Positions 30,745 to 40,201 of a stretch of 64,000 nt of DNA are shown one piece after another. The position numbers were made by a program, and so were the translations under genes. Source of the DNA: Planktothrix tepida (GTDB taxonomy: Bacteria > Cyanobacteriota > Cyanobacteriia > Cyanobacteriales > Microcoleaceae); assembly GCF_904830955.1 (NCBI RefSeq), contig NZ_LR882970.1. The stretch is one strand, 5' to 3'. Numbering within the stretch: position 1 is the first letter of the stretch; each line of letters opens with the position of its first letter. Below the pieces are notes generated by a model. The model was not told the DNA's origin. It searched no databases and worked only from the letters and a program-made list of their open reading frames with translations.

Positions 30745-31249
30745 GAAGCATCAATTGTTTACGAAGATCAACCTCCGTTGTCTCTTCCGTGTGATTGGGA
30801 AAGAATGGCTCAGAGGAAACTCCAGGTGAAGTTAAAACTTCCACGGAATACACTGGTTCCGACTGATGCTCCTGTTGCTGGGATGAGTGATGCACCTCTA
30901 TTCCTCCAGTAAAAATCAATTCTGTCGGATCAGGTTGAATATTTAAGAGAATTTTGGGCCCCGATATCGCTAAGTGAATTACTTGTCCATCCACTAAGGG
31001 AACTTGTTGAACCGCTTGTCCATTAACATAGGTTCCATTGGTTCCCAGATTCACAACAACCCAATCTTCACTTTGGCGACGAATCTCGACATGATACCGA
31101 GACACAACCGCACTATAGAGAACAACATCATTCTTGAGCGATCGCCCAATCCGAATCACATTGTCCTTTTTAAAGACCCAACTGCGGACAGGAATCGATT
31201 GGAGAGGATGTAATAATGTTAGTTTAATCACATTGGCAAAATCTAACAA
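30725..31249 (-). CDS. FHA domain protein
   Basis: IRIGRSLKNDVVLYSAVVSRYHVEIRRQ...VNLGTNGTYVNG is an FHA core. Confidence 0.7.
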   Translation of the reverse strand: MLDFANVIKLTLLHPLQSIPVRSWVFKKDNVIRIGRSLKNDVVLYSAVVSRYHVEIRRQSEDWVVVNLGTNGTYVNGQAVQQVPLVDGQVIHLAISGPKILLNIQPDPTELIFTGGIEVHHSSQQQEHQSEPVYSVEVLTSPGVSSEPFFPNHTEETTEVDLRKQLMLPTNYPI

Positions 31250-31496
31250 TCAACAGCTACGCCCTAAACTTATTTTAAATGGGAAATCTCAGATTTTGGA
31301 TGGGGATATAGGGCGATTAAGGATTAAGGTTTCCCCCGAATCAAACATTCAGGAGAACTCACTCCCCCCACCATCCAAAAATCCTGGCTTTCAAAAGCTC
31401 TCGTGCAGTTGGGCATTCATTGATAACGGGTAAATTTGCTGTTTTGTACTGAACGACCCTCTACCCTCTGCCCCTGTACTCTGAGTTCTGAATCCT

Positions 31497-32234
31497 CTAG
31501 GACAGTTGAAAAATAAACGAAACTAAATCTCCTTTTCCTAAAGAAATGCGATCGCCGGGTCTTAACCGATGTCGATTTCCTTTGGGAAGAGAGATATTAT
31601 TAATATAAGTGCCATTTGAACTGCCCACATCTTCAATATAGTACGCATCGCCCTCCATCCGAATATCAGCATGGGTGCGAGAAACAATTTCTGAGTTGGG
31701 AAATCCCGAAACATCAACATCCGGGGGCACTAAATCATTAGGTTTTCCTAAATGAATCACCGAGACATTTTGAGGTAATTCTACAGTGGCATTGGTTTGA
31801 ACATGAATCAGCTTCGCCGCCTGTCGCTGTAACTGAGTCGCAGCCGCCTGGAAAGCTTGAGCTATATTAGCTGGGGGTTCCGCAACCGTCACGACAGGAA
31901 CTACAGCCGGAGGAGTCGTGAGCGTCGCATCAGGAACAGCCGGAGATTTTTCTAAATTCGGCCCGGAACTGATCACCGGTTGAGGCTGAGGTTCAGCGAT
32001 GGGTTCATCAGGAGGGGTAACCAAAGTCGGAATTAAGCCTTCGTTTTCACCTGAATTCGTTGGGGTAGATGTAGGCTGTAAATTCGACCCACATTGACCA
32101 CAAAAAGCCGCATCCGTTTGTACCGTCGCCCCACAATGGGGACAACTCGTCATCGAAGGCAAAGGCGTATAACAAGCTTCACATTGCGTCGCGCCTTCTG
32201 GATTTTGATAATTACAATTGGGACAAACAATCAT
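31497..32234 (-). CDS. Zinc-ribbon + Pro-rich linker + FHA domain protein
   Basis: N-terminal CPNC...CEAC...CPHC...CGQC double zinc ribbon. C-terminal FHA: SRTHADIRMEGDAYYIEDVGSSNGTYINN. Confidence 0.7.
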   Translation of the reverse strand: MIVCPNCNYQNPEGATQCEACYTPLPSMTSCPHCGATVQTDAAFCGQCGSNLQPTSTPTNSGENEGLIPTLVTPPDEPIAEPQPQPVISSGPNLEKSPAVPDATLTTPPAVVPVVTVAEPPANIAQAFQAAATQLQRQAAKLIHVQTNATVELPQNVSVIHLGKPNDLVPPDVDVSGFPNSEIVSRTHADIRMEGDAYYIEDVGSSNGTYINNISLPKGNRHRLRPGDRISLGKGDLVSFIFQLS

Positions 32235-32294
32235 GGATTTTGATGGAAAAATTTGAGTGAGATTAAGGGTTCAGATGCTTAATTTTGGCAAATT

Positions 32295-33047
32295 TTAAGT
32301 TAAATTGGCTCCTGCTGCGGCATCTAATAACCACCATAATTCCCCAACCGGTTGAATCAGTCGGCTAGGGTAGGCGATCGCATCGGCTTCCGAGGCAAAC
32401 ACCTGGGCCAAAGGTTCCTGTTTATTTGCCCCCGTAACCAAAAACATCACACAGCGAGCGTGATTAATCAGGGGTACGGTAAAGGTAATCCGAGGTTGAC
32501 CGTCTTTATTGCCAACGGTAATCAAGCGATCTTGAACGGTTAAGGCTTCGGTATGGGGAAATAACGATGCCGTGTGAGCATCATCCCCCATCCCCAATAA
32601 AACCACATCAAAAACGGGGAATTCTCCGGCATTGAGATGAAAAAACTGCTCTAATTCCCGATTGTAGGTTTCGGCATCAACCTTGGGGTCGTTAGCTGCC
32701 GTTGGCATCGGATGAAGATGAGTGGGGGGGAAATTAACTTGATCTAGCCAAGCTTGTCGCGCCATGCGTTGGTTACTGTCGGGATGATCAGACCGAACAT
32801 AACGTTCATCTCCCCAAAAGACATGAATTTTATCCCAAGGTAACGCTTGTTGAGCTAACGCTTCATATAACGGTTTAGGGGTGCTCCCTCCTGCTAAAGC
32901 GATTGTAAATTGATCCCGACTTTGAAGCGCGTCTTTAATTTTAACCAGAAGAATATCTAAAGCTCGCTGAGTGATTTCTTCTTTATTCGCTAGAATTTCT
33001 ATAAATTTTTCCATTAGGGTAGCCTCAAAGGTTAATTTAGGCATCAA
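32295..33047 (-). CDS. pgl: 6-phosphogluconolactonase
   Basis: FTIALAGGSTPKPLYEALA...IHVFWGDERYV is the Pgl/DevB signature. The true start may be the internal MEKF, giving 238 aa. Confidence 0.85.
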   Translation of the reverse strand: MMPKLTFEATLMEKFIEILANKEEITQRALDILLVKIKDALQSRDQFTIALAGGSTPKPLYEALAQQALPWDKIHVFWGDERYVRSDHPDSNQRMARQAWLDQVNFPPTHLHPMPTAANDPKVDAETYNRELEQFFHLNAGEFPVFDVVLLGMGDDAHTASLFPHTEALTVQDRLITVGNKDGQPRITFTVPLINHARCVMFLVTGANKQEPLAQVFASEADAIAYPSRLIQPVGELWWLLDAAAGANLT

Positions 33048-33154
33048 AGCAACAGGCTACAATAATGATAAGAGGTTTTGTCCGTTCGCGGTTGAGGTTT
33101 AGCACCCAGCAGTTAAGCTCAATGTTGAAAGTTAACAGTTGACTTCCCCCTAAT

Positions 33155-33325
33155 CCCCTTGTCCCCTTGTCCCCTTGTCCCCTTGTCCCCTTGTCCCCTT
33201 GTCCCCTTGTCCCCTTGTCCCCTTGTCCCTTGTCCCCTTGTCCCTTGTCCCTTGTCCCCTTGTCCCTTGTCCCCTTGTCCCCTTGTCCCCTAATCCCCCT
33301 ATCCCCTTGTCCCCCATCCCCTGAC
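33155..33325. repeat. Octa/heptanucleotide STR (CCCCTTGT)n, ~20 copies
   Basis: An uninterrupted run of CCCCTTGT/CCCTTGT units. Track ORF 33167-33382 is an artefact of this repeat. Confidence 0.9.
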
Positions 33326-33368
33326 TTCCCCTGTTCCTTTCAAAGCAGCAATAAGCTGTCTGTAAGCT

Positions 33369-34574
33369 ATGTCTATTTATAAACGACTTCCTGAATTGAT
33401 TCGTACTGTGGGAGAAGAATTGCAGTTTCTTTTACAACCTCGTATTTGGGGTTCTGTCAGTGTGGTGGTGGTGGTGGGAATTTTCTTTTGGCAGTTTTCC
33501 GAACACCCCGAATGGTTTAGTTTGGATCAAGAATCAACCCTTGATTCTGGTAACTCCGCGAGTCAACTTACCCCAGAAGAACAATCAATTGCGGCGGATA
33601 TTGATAGTTCTAAAGTGTTATTAGATGAGTTAAATCACAATAATTCATTCCTTGCACCTTTAAATACAACGATTTCACTCGGAACAGACTTATTTAAACA
33701 AGCTCAGGAAGCTGCTAAAAAGCCGGAATCCTCCTCGAATTCCAATCCTCTCGTAGACGCTATCCTCTCAGAATCAGCCCCCAAAACTCAACCCTCAATA
33801 TCGGTACAGGGGAATACTTCAACTCCTGTTAACAATCTGAATTCAGGTTCTGGTAATCCTTCAACTCCTACCGAGTCCAATCCTAACATCGGTTTAAATC
33901 AATCCGCAGAAACAACCAACCCCCAAACGACAACCACGGCTTTACAACAAGCGATGCAGAACTATCTGCAAACCCAGCAGACCGAAAATAAAGATCTGGC
34001 TGTACCCTCTAACACAGCGACTGAATCCTCACCAACCTCAGAAGTCCAAGAAACCAAGCCATCAACACTTTCACCAAATACCCTAACAAATCCCAACGCC
34101 GCGTTAAATCCCCTCTCAGGAACACCAGTAGGTGTGACACCCTTTACAGCTACTCCCACCATTACAGGACAGGCGATTCAACCGAGTTGGAGTGTTCCCA
34201 GAGCCAATACTAATCCTGTGGTGGGTACAGTTCCCCTTCCCGCTCCAAATCCCTACCAAACCAACGTGACCCTGCCTCCGGTTGTTCCTACCGTGCCCAC
34301 AGTAACACCTGGAACAGCCCCCAACCCTGGATATTCTAACCTCAATTCACTTCCGATAAATAACACTGCACCCTCCTATTCCGTCACGCCGAATACAGGG
34401 AGTTACAGCACGGTTCAACCCGTTCAACCGAATAGTTACATGACCCCCAGTAATATGAATCCCAACCTACAACCGGGTCAAATTGGTCAAACCCAACCTA
34501 ATTTTTCTGTTCCCAATCGTGTTCCAGGTCGTTATATTGGAGGGGGGGAAATTAATACGTTTGCCAATCCTTAG
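33369..34574 (+). CDS. Membrane-anchored low-complexity protein rich in Pro/Thr/Ser/Asn/Gln
   Basis: One TM helix (VSVVVVVGIFFW), then ~330 aa of PT-rich, Q/N-rich sequence. No catalytic domain. Confidence 0.5.
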   Translation: MSIYKRLPELIRTVGEELQFLLQPRIWGSVSVVVVVGIFFWQFSEHPEWFSLDQESTLDSGNSASQLTPEEQSIAADIDSSKVLLDELNHNNSFLAPLNTTISLGTDLFKQAQEAAKKPESSSNSNPLVDAILSESAPKTQPSISVQGNTSTPVNNLNSGSGNPSTPTESNPNIGLNQSAETTNPQTTTTALQQAMQNYLQTQQTENKDLAVPSNTATESSPTSEVQETKPSTLSPNTLTNPNAALNPLSGTPVGVTPFTATPTITGQAIQPSWSVPRANTNPVVGTVPLPAPNPYQTNVTLPPVVPTVPTVTPGTAPNPGYSNLNSLPINNTAPSYSVTPNTGSYSTVQPVQPNSYMTPSNMNPNLQPGQIGQTQPNFSVPNRVPGRYIGGGEINTFANP

Positions 34575-34747
34575 TTACTAATTAAATGGATGATAGCGTT
34601 AAAATCAGCGTCGCACTCTGGGGCAGTGGGCTAAAGTTTTGCTGTCAATCTTTAACTTCTCTAACTTTAAAACCTGAAATTTTACTTTGGTGTGATTTAA
34701 TTCCTGATTTATGGGATAATAAGAATGATAAAGATCATTTATGATAA

Positions 34748-35914
34748 TTGCTAATCACAAAAAATATGCTGACGCGGATCTATGTTAATAACTTTAGATG
34801 CCTAGTCAATTTTGAATTGACATTAGATAGCTTAAATCTCTTTCTAGGTTCAAATGGTTCGGGAAAAACTACTGTTTTTGATGTTTTAAGAAAACTACAA
34901 AAATTTATTATAGGTGATCAAGCTTTCCAACAAGATTATAAAGTATCAGATTTGTTTAAAAACAATGATTTAACAAGATGGCAAAAATCCCAGATTCAAA
35001 AATTTGAATTGGATATTCAAGGAAATGGTGGCATTTATAAATATACCCTAGAGATCGAACATCAAGGAGAGTATGCACCTCCTAGAATGCGACTAGAAAG
35101 CTTAACTTTTGACGGACAACCTCTATTTAATTTCTGGGTTGATGCGGGCGATAGAGGTATGCCTGTAGGTCAAGCTAGGCTTTATAATGACGATCCTAAT
35201 CGTGAAGGTGCTTTTTTACCGTTTTTTGATTGGTCGCGTTCTGGTATTGGTTTTATTTATGAAAGACCTGACAATCAAAAGCTGACCTGGTTCAAAAAAA
35301 GGATTGCTAACTTTTTTATTGTCGAGATCAACCCTTTTGTCATGGAATCAGAAAGCCGTCAGGAGGCAAGTTTGCCGACTTGGGATATGTCAAACTATGC
35401 AGCTTGGTACAGCTATTTATCTCAGGAATCTCAAGGTAAAATACTTAAACTAACGCTGGAATTACAAAATATTATCAAGGGATTTGATTCATTTCAAAAT
35501 CCTAAATCTGGTGATGTTAGGATTTTATCAGCATCTTTTACCCGTCCTAGCAAAACTACTTATCGACTTAATGAATTATCGCAAGGTCAAAAAGTTTTGA
35601 TTGCGCTATATACCTTAATATATTGTTCTCCTGATGAGAATTTTACGTTGTGTATTGATGAACCCGAAAATTTCCTAGCTTTACCGGAAATAAGACCTTG
35701 GTGGGATCAGGTGATGGAGTATTGTGTTAACAATGAAGCACAAGTAATGTTAATTTCTCATCACCCATCATTAATTAATTACTTAGCAAGCAATTCAGGT
35801 TATTGGTTTGAACGAGAAGATAATGAAACTGTCCGCGTACAGCGAATTACTGATAATAAAGAAGGTTTATCAGTTGCTAAACTTATAGAACTTGGATGGA
35901 TTTATGACGAGTAG
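34748..35914 (+). CDS. ABC-type (AAA_21/AAA_15-like) ATPase of a two-gene defense-like module
   Basis: Walker A GSNGSGKTT, ABC signature LSQGQK, Walker B LCIDEPENFL, H-loop ISHHP, and an N-terminal IYVNNFRCL motif typical of OLD/AriA/GajA-type ATPases. Composition is AT-rich. Confidence 0.8.
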   Translation: MLITKNMLTRIYVNNFRCLVNFELTLDSLNLFLGSNGSGKTTVFDVLRKLQKFIIGDQAFQQDYKVSDLFKNNDLTRWQKSQIQKFELDIQGNGGIYKYTLEIEHQGEYAPPRMRLESLTFDGQPLFNFWVDAGDRGMPVGQARLYNDDPNREGAFLPFFDWSRSGIGFIYERPDNQKLTWFKKRIANFFIVEINPFVMESESRQEASLPTWDMSNYAAWYSYLSQESQGKILKLTLELQNIIKGFDSFQNPKSGDVRILSASFTRPSKTTYRLNELSQGQKVLIALYTLIYCSPDENFTLCIDEPENFLALPEIRPWWDQVMEYCVNNEAQVMLISHHPSLINYLASNSGYWFEREDNETVRVQRITDNKEGLSVAKLIELGWIYDE

Positions 35915-36500
35915 ATATTATGATTTACCAGAAGTAACTATTCTCTGTGAAGATATTGACCAAGAGCGATTTATTAGAGAATATTTGATCTGTCGGGGAT
36001 TTAACAAGCGCAAAATTAAAGACTTTGGCAATCCTAAAGGGCAAACAATTAAGAATAACAATGCTTTGATTGTCAGGTATTATCCAAAGCTTATTAACAG
36101 TTATAGAAGTCGTAACTATAGAAATATTGCTGTAGTAGTGATGATTGATGCTGATAACGATACCCTATCTCATAGAATGCGTTCTTTACATATAGCATTA
36201 GACGAAACAGCAGGTAAGTTAAACCAAGATCCTCGAAAATCTGGTGATAAAGTTGCTATTTTTGTACCAGCTCGAAATATTGAAACGTGGTTTCGTTATA
36301 TTAATAGCTATCCGTCAAGTCATCACTGTGATGAGATGACTGATTATAAAGATAAAACAATGAGTCCAGAAGAGAGGATTGAATTAGCGGAAAGATCAGC
36401 TAGAATATTGGCTAGAGAAATATGTCCTCAAGGAGTCGATGCTATTGCTTTGCCTTCTCTACGTTATGCTTGTAGGGAGTTGCAAAGGTTATGGTTGTAA
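35892..36500 (+). CDS. TOPRIM-like small protein (DUF4276/DUF4435-like) partnered with the ATPase
   Basis: VTILCEDIDQERFI provides the conserved Glu on strand 1, and IAVVVMIDADNDTL provides the DxD motif with the spacing expected of TOPRIM. The ORF overlaps the ATPase stop by 11-23 nt (ATG 35892 or 35904). Confidence 0.6.
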   Translation: MDGFMTSRYYDLPEVTILCEDIDQERFIREYLICRGFNKRKIKDFGNPKGQTIKNNNALIVRYYPKLINSYRSRNYRNIAVVVMIDADNDTLSHRMRSLHIALDETAGKLNQDPRKSGDKVAIFVPARNIETWFRYINSYPSSHHCDEMTDYKDKTMSPEERIELAERSARILAREICPQGVDAIALPSLRYACRELQRLWL

Positions 36501-36523
36501 ATTTGGAGATCAGCATCATGTTT

Positions 36524-37702
36524 CTACTTAGAAGCACGAACTAATAAAAAACTTGCAATTCCAATACCTAAAAATGTTGGCAACCAAGCCGCGAAAAAGG
36601 GAGTGAGAATTTCTTTTTGACCCAAGGCTCCGGTGATAAACGAGAGTAAATAATATCCGAAAATCACGATAACGCTAATCCCGAAACTGGTCGCTCGGCT
36701 GGTACTTTGGGGTCTACTGCCTAATGCTACCCCCAATAACGCAAAGACTACACAGGAGAATGGGAGAGCATATTTTTGTTGAATTCTAACCTTGGTTTTA
36801 ACAATTCTTTGTTGATCACCGCTCAATTTCATTAACTTTAAATAATCTTGAGCTTGAGCAATATTCATCTCATCAAAATCTCGTTTTTTGGACGCTAAAT
36901 CCATTGGAGTGCGAGAGAGTTTAAGCTGTTTATGATCAAATCGAACAATATTACGATAAGAACCATCGGGATTAACAATATACACCGTACCATTAAAGAA
37001 ATCCCAAGTATTTTGGGCGAAATTCCAATTGGCAGATTTGGAAGAAATAATTTGAGTTAATTCCGGTTGAGAACGATCTAAAATCGTCACTTCCAACATT
37101 TGACCGCGATCAAATTTTTCAGCATAAAACAATCGCACTAAGCGACTAAATTTTTTATCTGTTCCTTCAATTTTTATTTTCTCATATTCGGGATAAAAAA
37201 TATTATCTTCCTGAATGGGAAGGTTGCCTTCATTTAACGCTTGTTCATAGGTGACAGAGGCTTGATAATTAGCAGCCGGAACAATCACTTCATTAAACGC
37301 AAACGTTAAACCTGTAATCAAAAAACTAAAGATTAAAGTTGGTATTAGTAACCGATATAAACTAATTCCACAACTTCTGAGAGCAATTAATTCACTATCA
37401 CTGGATAAACGGCCATAAACCATTAATGCACTTAAAATCATCGCCATCGGAAAGGCTAAAACGATGAATTCCGGCATTTTTAAGAGAAAAATCTGAACAG
37501 CAATGGAAACCGCCATCCCCGATTCTGCCACTTGTCGAACTAGGTCAAAAACCGTTCCCACCGTGAGGGCAACGGAGCTAAATAATCCGACTCCAAAGAC
37601 AAAGGGCGGAATGATTTCTTGGATTAAATATCGATCTAAAATTGAGAGATAGGGCAGGAAAATTTTACCTGAACCCAACGGTTTAAAAAGAGTAATTTTC
37701 AT
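36524..37702 (-). CDS. LPS export permease, LptF/LptG (YjgP/YjgQ) family
   Basis: ILDRYLIQEIIPPFVFGVGLFSSV start, 6 TM helices and a periplasmic beta-jellyroll insert. It overlaps lptB by 4 nt. Confidence 0.8.
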   Translation of the reverse strand: MKITLFKPLGSGKIFLPYLSILDRYLIQEIIPPFVFGVGLFSSVALTVGTVFDLVRQVAESGMAVSIAVQIFLLKMPEFIVLAFPMAMILSALMVYGRLSSDSELIALRSCGISLYRLLIPTLIFSFLITGLTFAFNEVIVPAANYQASVTYEQALNEGNLPIQEDNIFYPEYEKIKIEGTDKKFSRLVRLFYAEKFDRGQMLEVTILDRSQPELTQIISSKSANWNFAQNTWDFFNGTVYIVNPDGSYRNIVRFDHKQLKLSRTPMDLASKKRDFDEMNIAQAQDYLKLMKLSGDQQRIVKTKVRIQQKYALPFSCVVFALLGVALGSRPQSTSRATSFGISVIVIFGYYLLSFITGALGQKEILTPFFAAWLPTFLGIGIASFLLVRASK

Positions 37703-38427
37703 AGTTGAAAACTGTCACCAAGATAATACTGCCGCACTAGGGGATTATTGTAGAGTTCTTCGGCGGTTCCCGATGCAAAAATTTGTCCATCCCGCATAAT
37801 ATAGGCTCGGTCTGTAATCGCTAAGGTTTCTCGGACGTTATGATCCGTAATTAAGATTCCCAGATTGCGAGTGCGTAATTGAGCGACGATTTCTTGAATT
37901 TCAGAAACCGCAATCGGGTCAACTCCGGCAAAGGGTTCATCTAAGAGTAAAAACTGAGGCAATTCTAACCCCGCCGCTAAGGAACGAGCTAATTCTGTGC
38001 GTCGTCGTTCTCCTCCAGAAACTTGATAGCCTAAAGTGGAGGCAACTTTTTCTAAACGAAACTCCCGCAACAGAGTATGCAGACGTTTTTGCCATAAATG
38101 ACGCGGAACACGAGTTTCCTGCAAAACCAATAAAATATTATCCCTGACACTGAGATGGCGAAAAATACTGGCTTGTTGAGTTAAATAACCAATGCCTAAC
38201 CGGGCGCGTTGATGAATGGGTAAATGGGTAATATCAAGTTCATTGAGATAAACATTTCCTTGGGTTGGTTTTTCTAACCCCGTTGCAATATAAAATGTCG
38301 TGGTTTTTCCGGCACCATTTGGCCCTAATAATCCCACAATTTCCCCTTGAGAAACGGAGAGATTAACTCGACTGACAACGGTGCGTTTACGGTAAGATTT
38401 GTGAATATTCTCCAGCACTATTTTCAT
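37699..38427 (-). CDS. lptB: LPS export ABC transporter ATP-binding protein
   Basis: GLLGPNGAGKTT Walker A, LSGGERRR signature, LLLDEPFAGVD Walker B. 242 aa. Confidence 0.9.
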   Translation of the reverse strand: MKIVLENIHKSYRKRTVVSRVNLSVSQGEIVGLLGPNGAGKTTTFYIATGLEKPTQGNVYLNELDITHLPIHQRARLGIGYLTQQASIFRHLSVRDNILLVLQETRVPRHLWQKRLHTLLREFRLEKVASTLGYQVSGGERRRTELARSLAAGLELPQFLLLDEPFAGVDPIAVSEIQEIVAQLRTRNLGILITDHNVRETLAITDRAYIMRDGQIFASGTAEELYNNPLVRQYYLGDSFQL

Positions 38428-38449
38428 AACGGGGTTTGTTAGAAATAAT

Positions 38450-38995
38450 TTAAGGGTTACGAGGTGCTGAAGGTGAACTTAACGGGGTTTTAAACGCAGG
38501 TTTAGGATTAAAAGGTTCCACCGTTGCGTTTTTAGGGCTGGCGGTTTCATCGGGGACTAAATACATCGATTCTACTTGTCCGCCTCCTTGAGGTAAAGCA
38601 ATAAATCGTCCTTCATCAATCAAATAGGTGACGGTTTCACCTCGAATAGTGTTGCCTTCTTGCAAAACAAACACATTCCCACTCAGAACAATGCGACGTT
38701 CTCGACTAAAATATTGCGCTTGGGCGGCAGTGGCTTGAATACTGCGGGCGGGATAGTTAATCTGGACGTTACCCCGTGCGGTAACAATTCCCGTTTGAGC
38801 ATCCGCTTCTTGAATATCAGACCGAACGGTCATCGCCCGTCCCACAGCGTTTTTAGCCGCAGGTACGGTTTGTGCATAGCTAGGGGAGGAACTCATCACG
38901 CTATCTGTGACCAAACTACTGATTAGAGCAAAGGGTAACAGCAGTGTGAACCCCAAGGGGAGAGTGATTGATTTTAACAGCTTGGCAATCAGCAT
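38450..38995 (-). CDS. LptA/LptC (OstA-like N-terminal domain) periplasmic LPS transport protein
   Basis: TARGNVQINYPARSIQATAAQAQYFSRERRIVLSGNVFVLQEGNTIRGETVTYLIDEGRF is an OstA-like beta-jellyroll repeat. It sits directly upstream of lptB. Confidence 0.7.
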   Translation of the reverse strand: MLIAKLLKSITLPLGFTLLLPFALISSLVTDSVMSSSPSYAQTVPAAKNAVGRAMTVRSDIQEADAQTGIVTARGNVQINYPARSIQATAAQAQYFSRERRIVLSGNVFVLQEGNTIRGETVTYLIDEGRFIALPQGGGQVESMYLVPDETASPKNATVEPFNPKPAFKTPLSSPSAPRNP

Positions 38996-39132
38996 TATGA
39001 CCTTAAAAATCCTAAAACGGTAACTGGGTGATGCAATTGAGCAATCAACGGTTTTAATACGAACAATAAAAGTTTATTAAGTCTGTGTGCCTATTGTACT
39101 CGATTATTGAATGTTGACGGTTAGCGGTTGAT

Positions 39133-39195
39133 TCCCCCTCTTCTCTCTCCGTTTCCCCTTCTCCCCCTTCTCCCCGTTTCCCCCTCTCCCCTCAG
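39133..39195. repeat. CT-rich imperfect short tandem repeat (CCCCTTCT/CCCCGTTT-like units)
   Basis: Low-complexity pyrimidine repeat immediately 3' of lemA. Confidence 0.7.
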
Positions 39196-39199
39196 TCCT

Positions 39200-39976
39200 C
39201 TACGGAATATTAACTTTAGGAACTGTTTTATCCTCAGCTTGGAAATAAGGTTGTTCTTGAAAATTGAAAAGGGAACTGATCAAAATATTAGGAAAAGTTT
39301 GTAGAGATTGATTATAATTCTTGACAGCTTGGTTATAGCGTTGGCGTTCTGTGGCGATGCGATTTTCAGTTCCCGCTAGTTCATATTGAAGATTACTAAA
39401 GGTTTGAGAAGATTGCAGTTGGGGGTTAGTCGCTGCATATTGATTCAATTGTTGAATAACCGTACTGATTTGAGTGCTGGCTGCTATTTTTTCGGGGATA
39501 GAATTGGCTTTTAAATAAGATTCTCTGGATTGAATTAAAAGTTGAATAATTTCTTTTTCCTGTTTAGCTTGGGCGTTTGTAACTGCGACTAAATTAGGAA
39601 TTAAATCGGCACGACGTTGCATTTGGTTTTCTACTTGCGCCCAGGAAGCATTAACATTTTGTTTGTGGCTGGCAAGAGAATTATAAATCAAAATACTCCA
39701 GAGTAGGATAACGCCAGCAATTCCCATCCCAACTTTTTGTAAAACTTTATTTTTTTCTTGAGATTGTTGCCGTTCAATCTCTTGTCGTTGATGTGTCTCC
39801 CGAACTTCTTGAATCGCTTTTTCAATCAATTCTGGGGGGATGGATACTTCTTTTCCAGCCTGTTGTAACGCTTCTACAGAATAACTATTATTGGATTCAG
39901 AATACAGTCGAGATGCAACTTCTAACACTTCAGATGCAATCTCTTCAGGAATTTTAGAATTTTCGGGATTGTTCAT
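39200..39976 (-). CDS. lemA: LemA family protein
   Basis: NASWAQVENQMQRRADLIPNLVAVTNAQAKQEKEIIQLLIQSRESY matches the LemA core. It has an N-terminal extension and one TM helix. Confidence 0.75.
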   Translation of the reverse strand: MNNPENSKIPEEIASEVLEVASRLYSESNNSYSVEALQQAGKEVSIPPELIEKAIQEVRETHQRQEIERQQSQEKNKVLQKVGMGIAGVILLWSILIYNSLASHKQNVNASWAQVENQMQRRADLIPNLVAVTNAQAKQEKEIIQLLIQSRESYLKANSIPEKIAASTQISTVIQQLNQYAATNPQLQSSQTFSNLQYELAGTENRIATERQRYNQAVKNYNQSLQTFPNILISSLFNFQEQPYFQAEDKTVPKVNIP

Positions 39977-40201
39977 AGGAGTTTCTCTCCATCAATTTTA
40001 GCATTCAAACCCCTAAAATAGAATATTTTTATAGGGATTAAAAAGTGTTAATCTTTTTGAAAAAGGCTTTTTTTAAAGGGTAATAAGTATTATTTCCTCT
40101 GGACTAGCCTCAAAATAGATCGGATGCGGGTTTCCAGACATCCTACAAATCACCTATCATTTGATTAAAGTAGATTAGCCGGAACGTTTAGGACGTAGAC
40201 A

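Noticed and set aside
33167-33382. ORF encoding MSPCPLVPLSPCPL...
   Set aside because: It is a pure translation of the (CCCCTTGT)n STR and not a credible protein.
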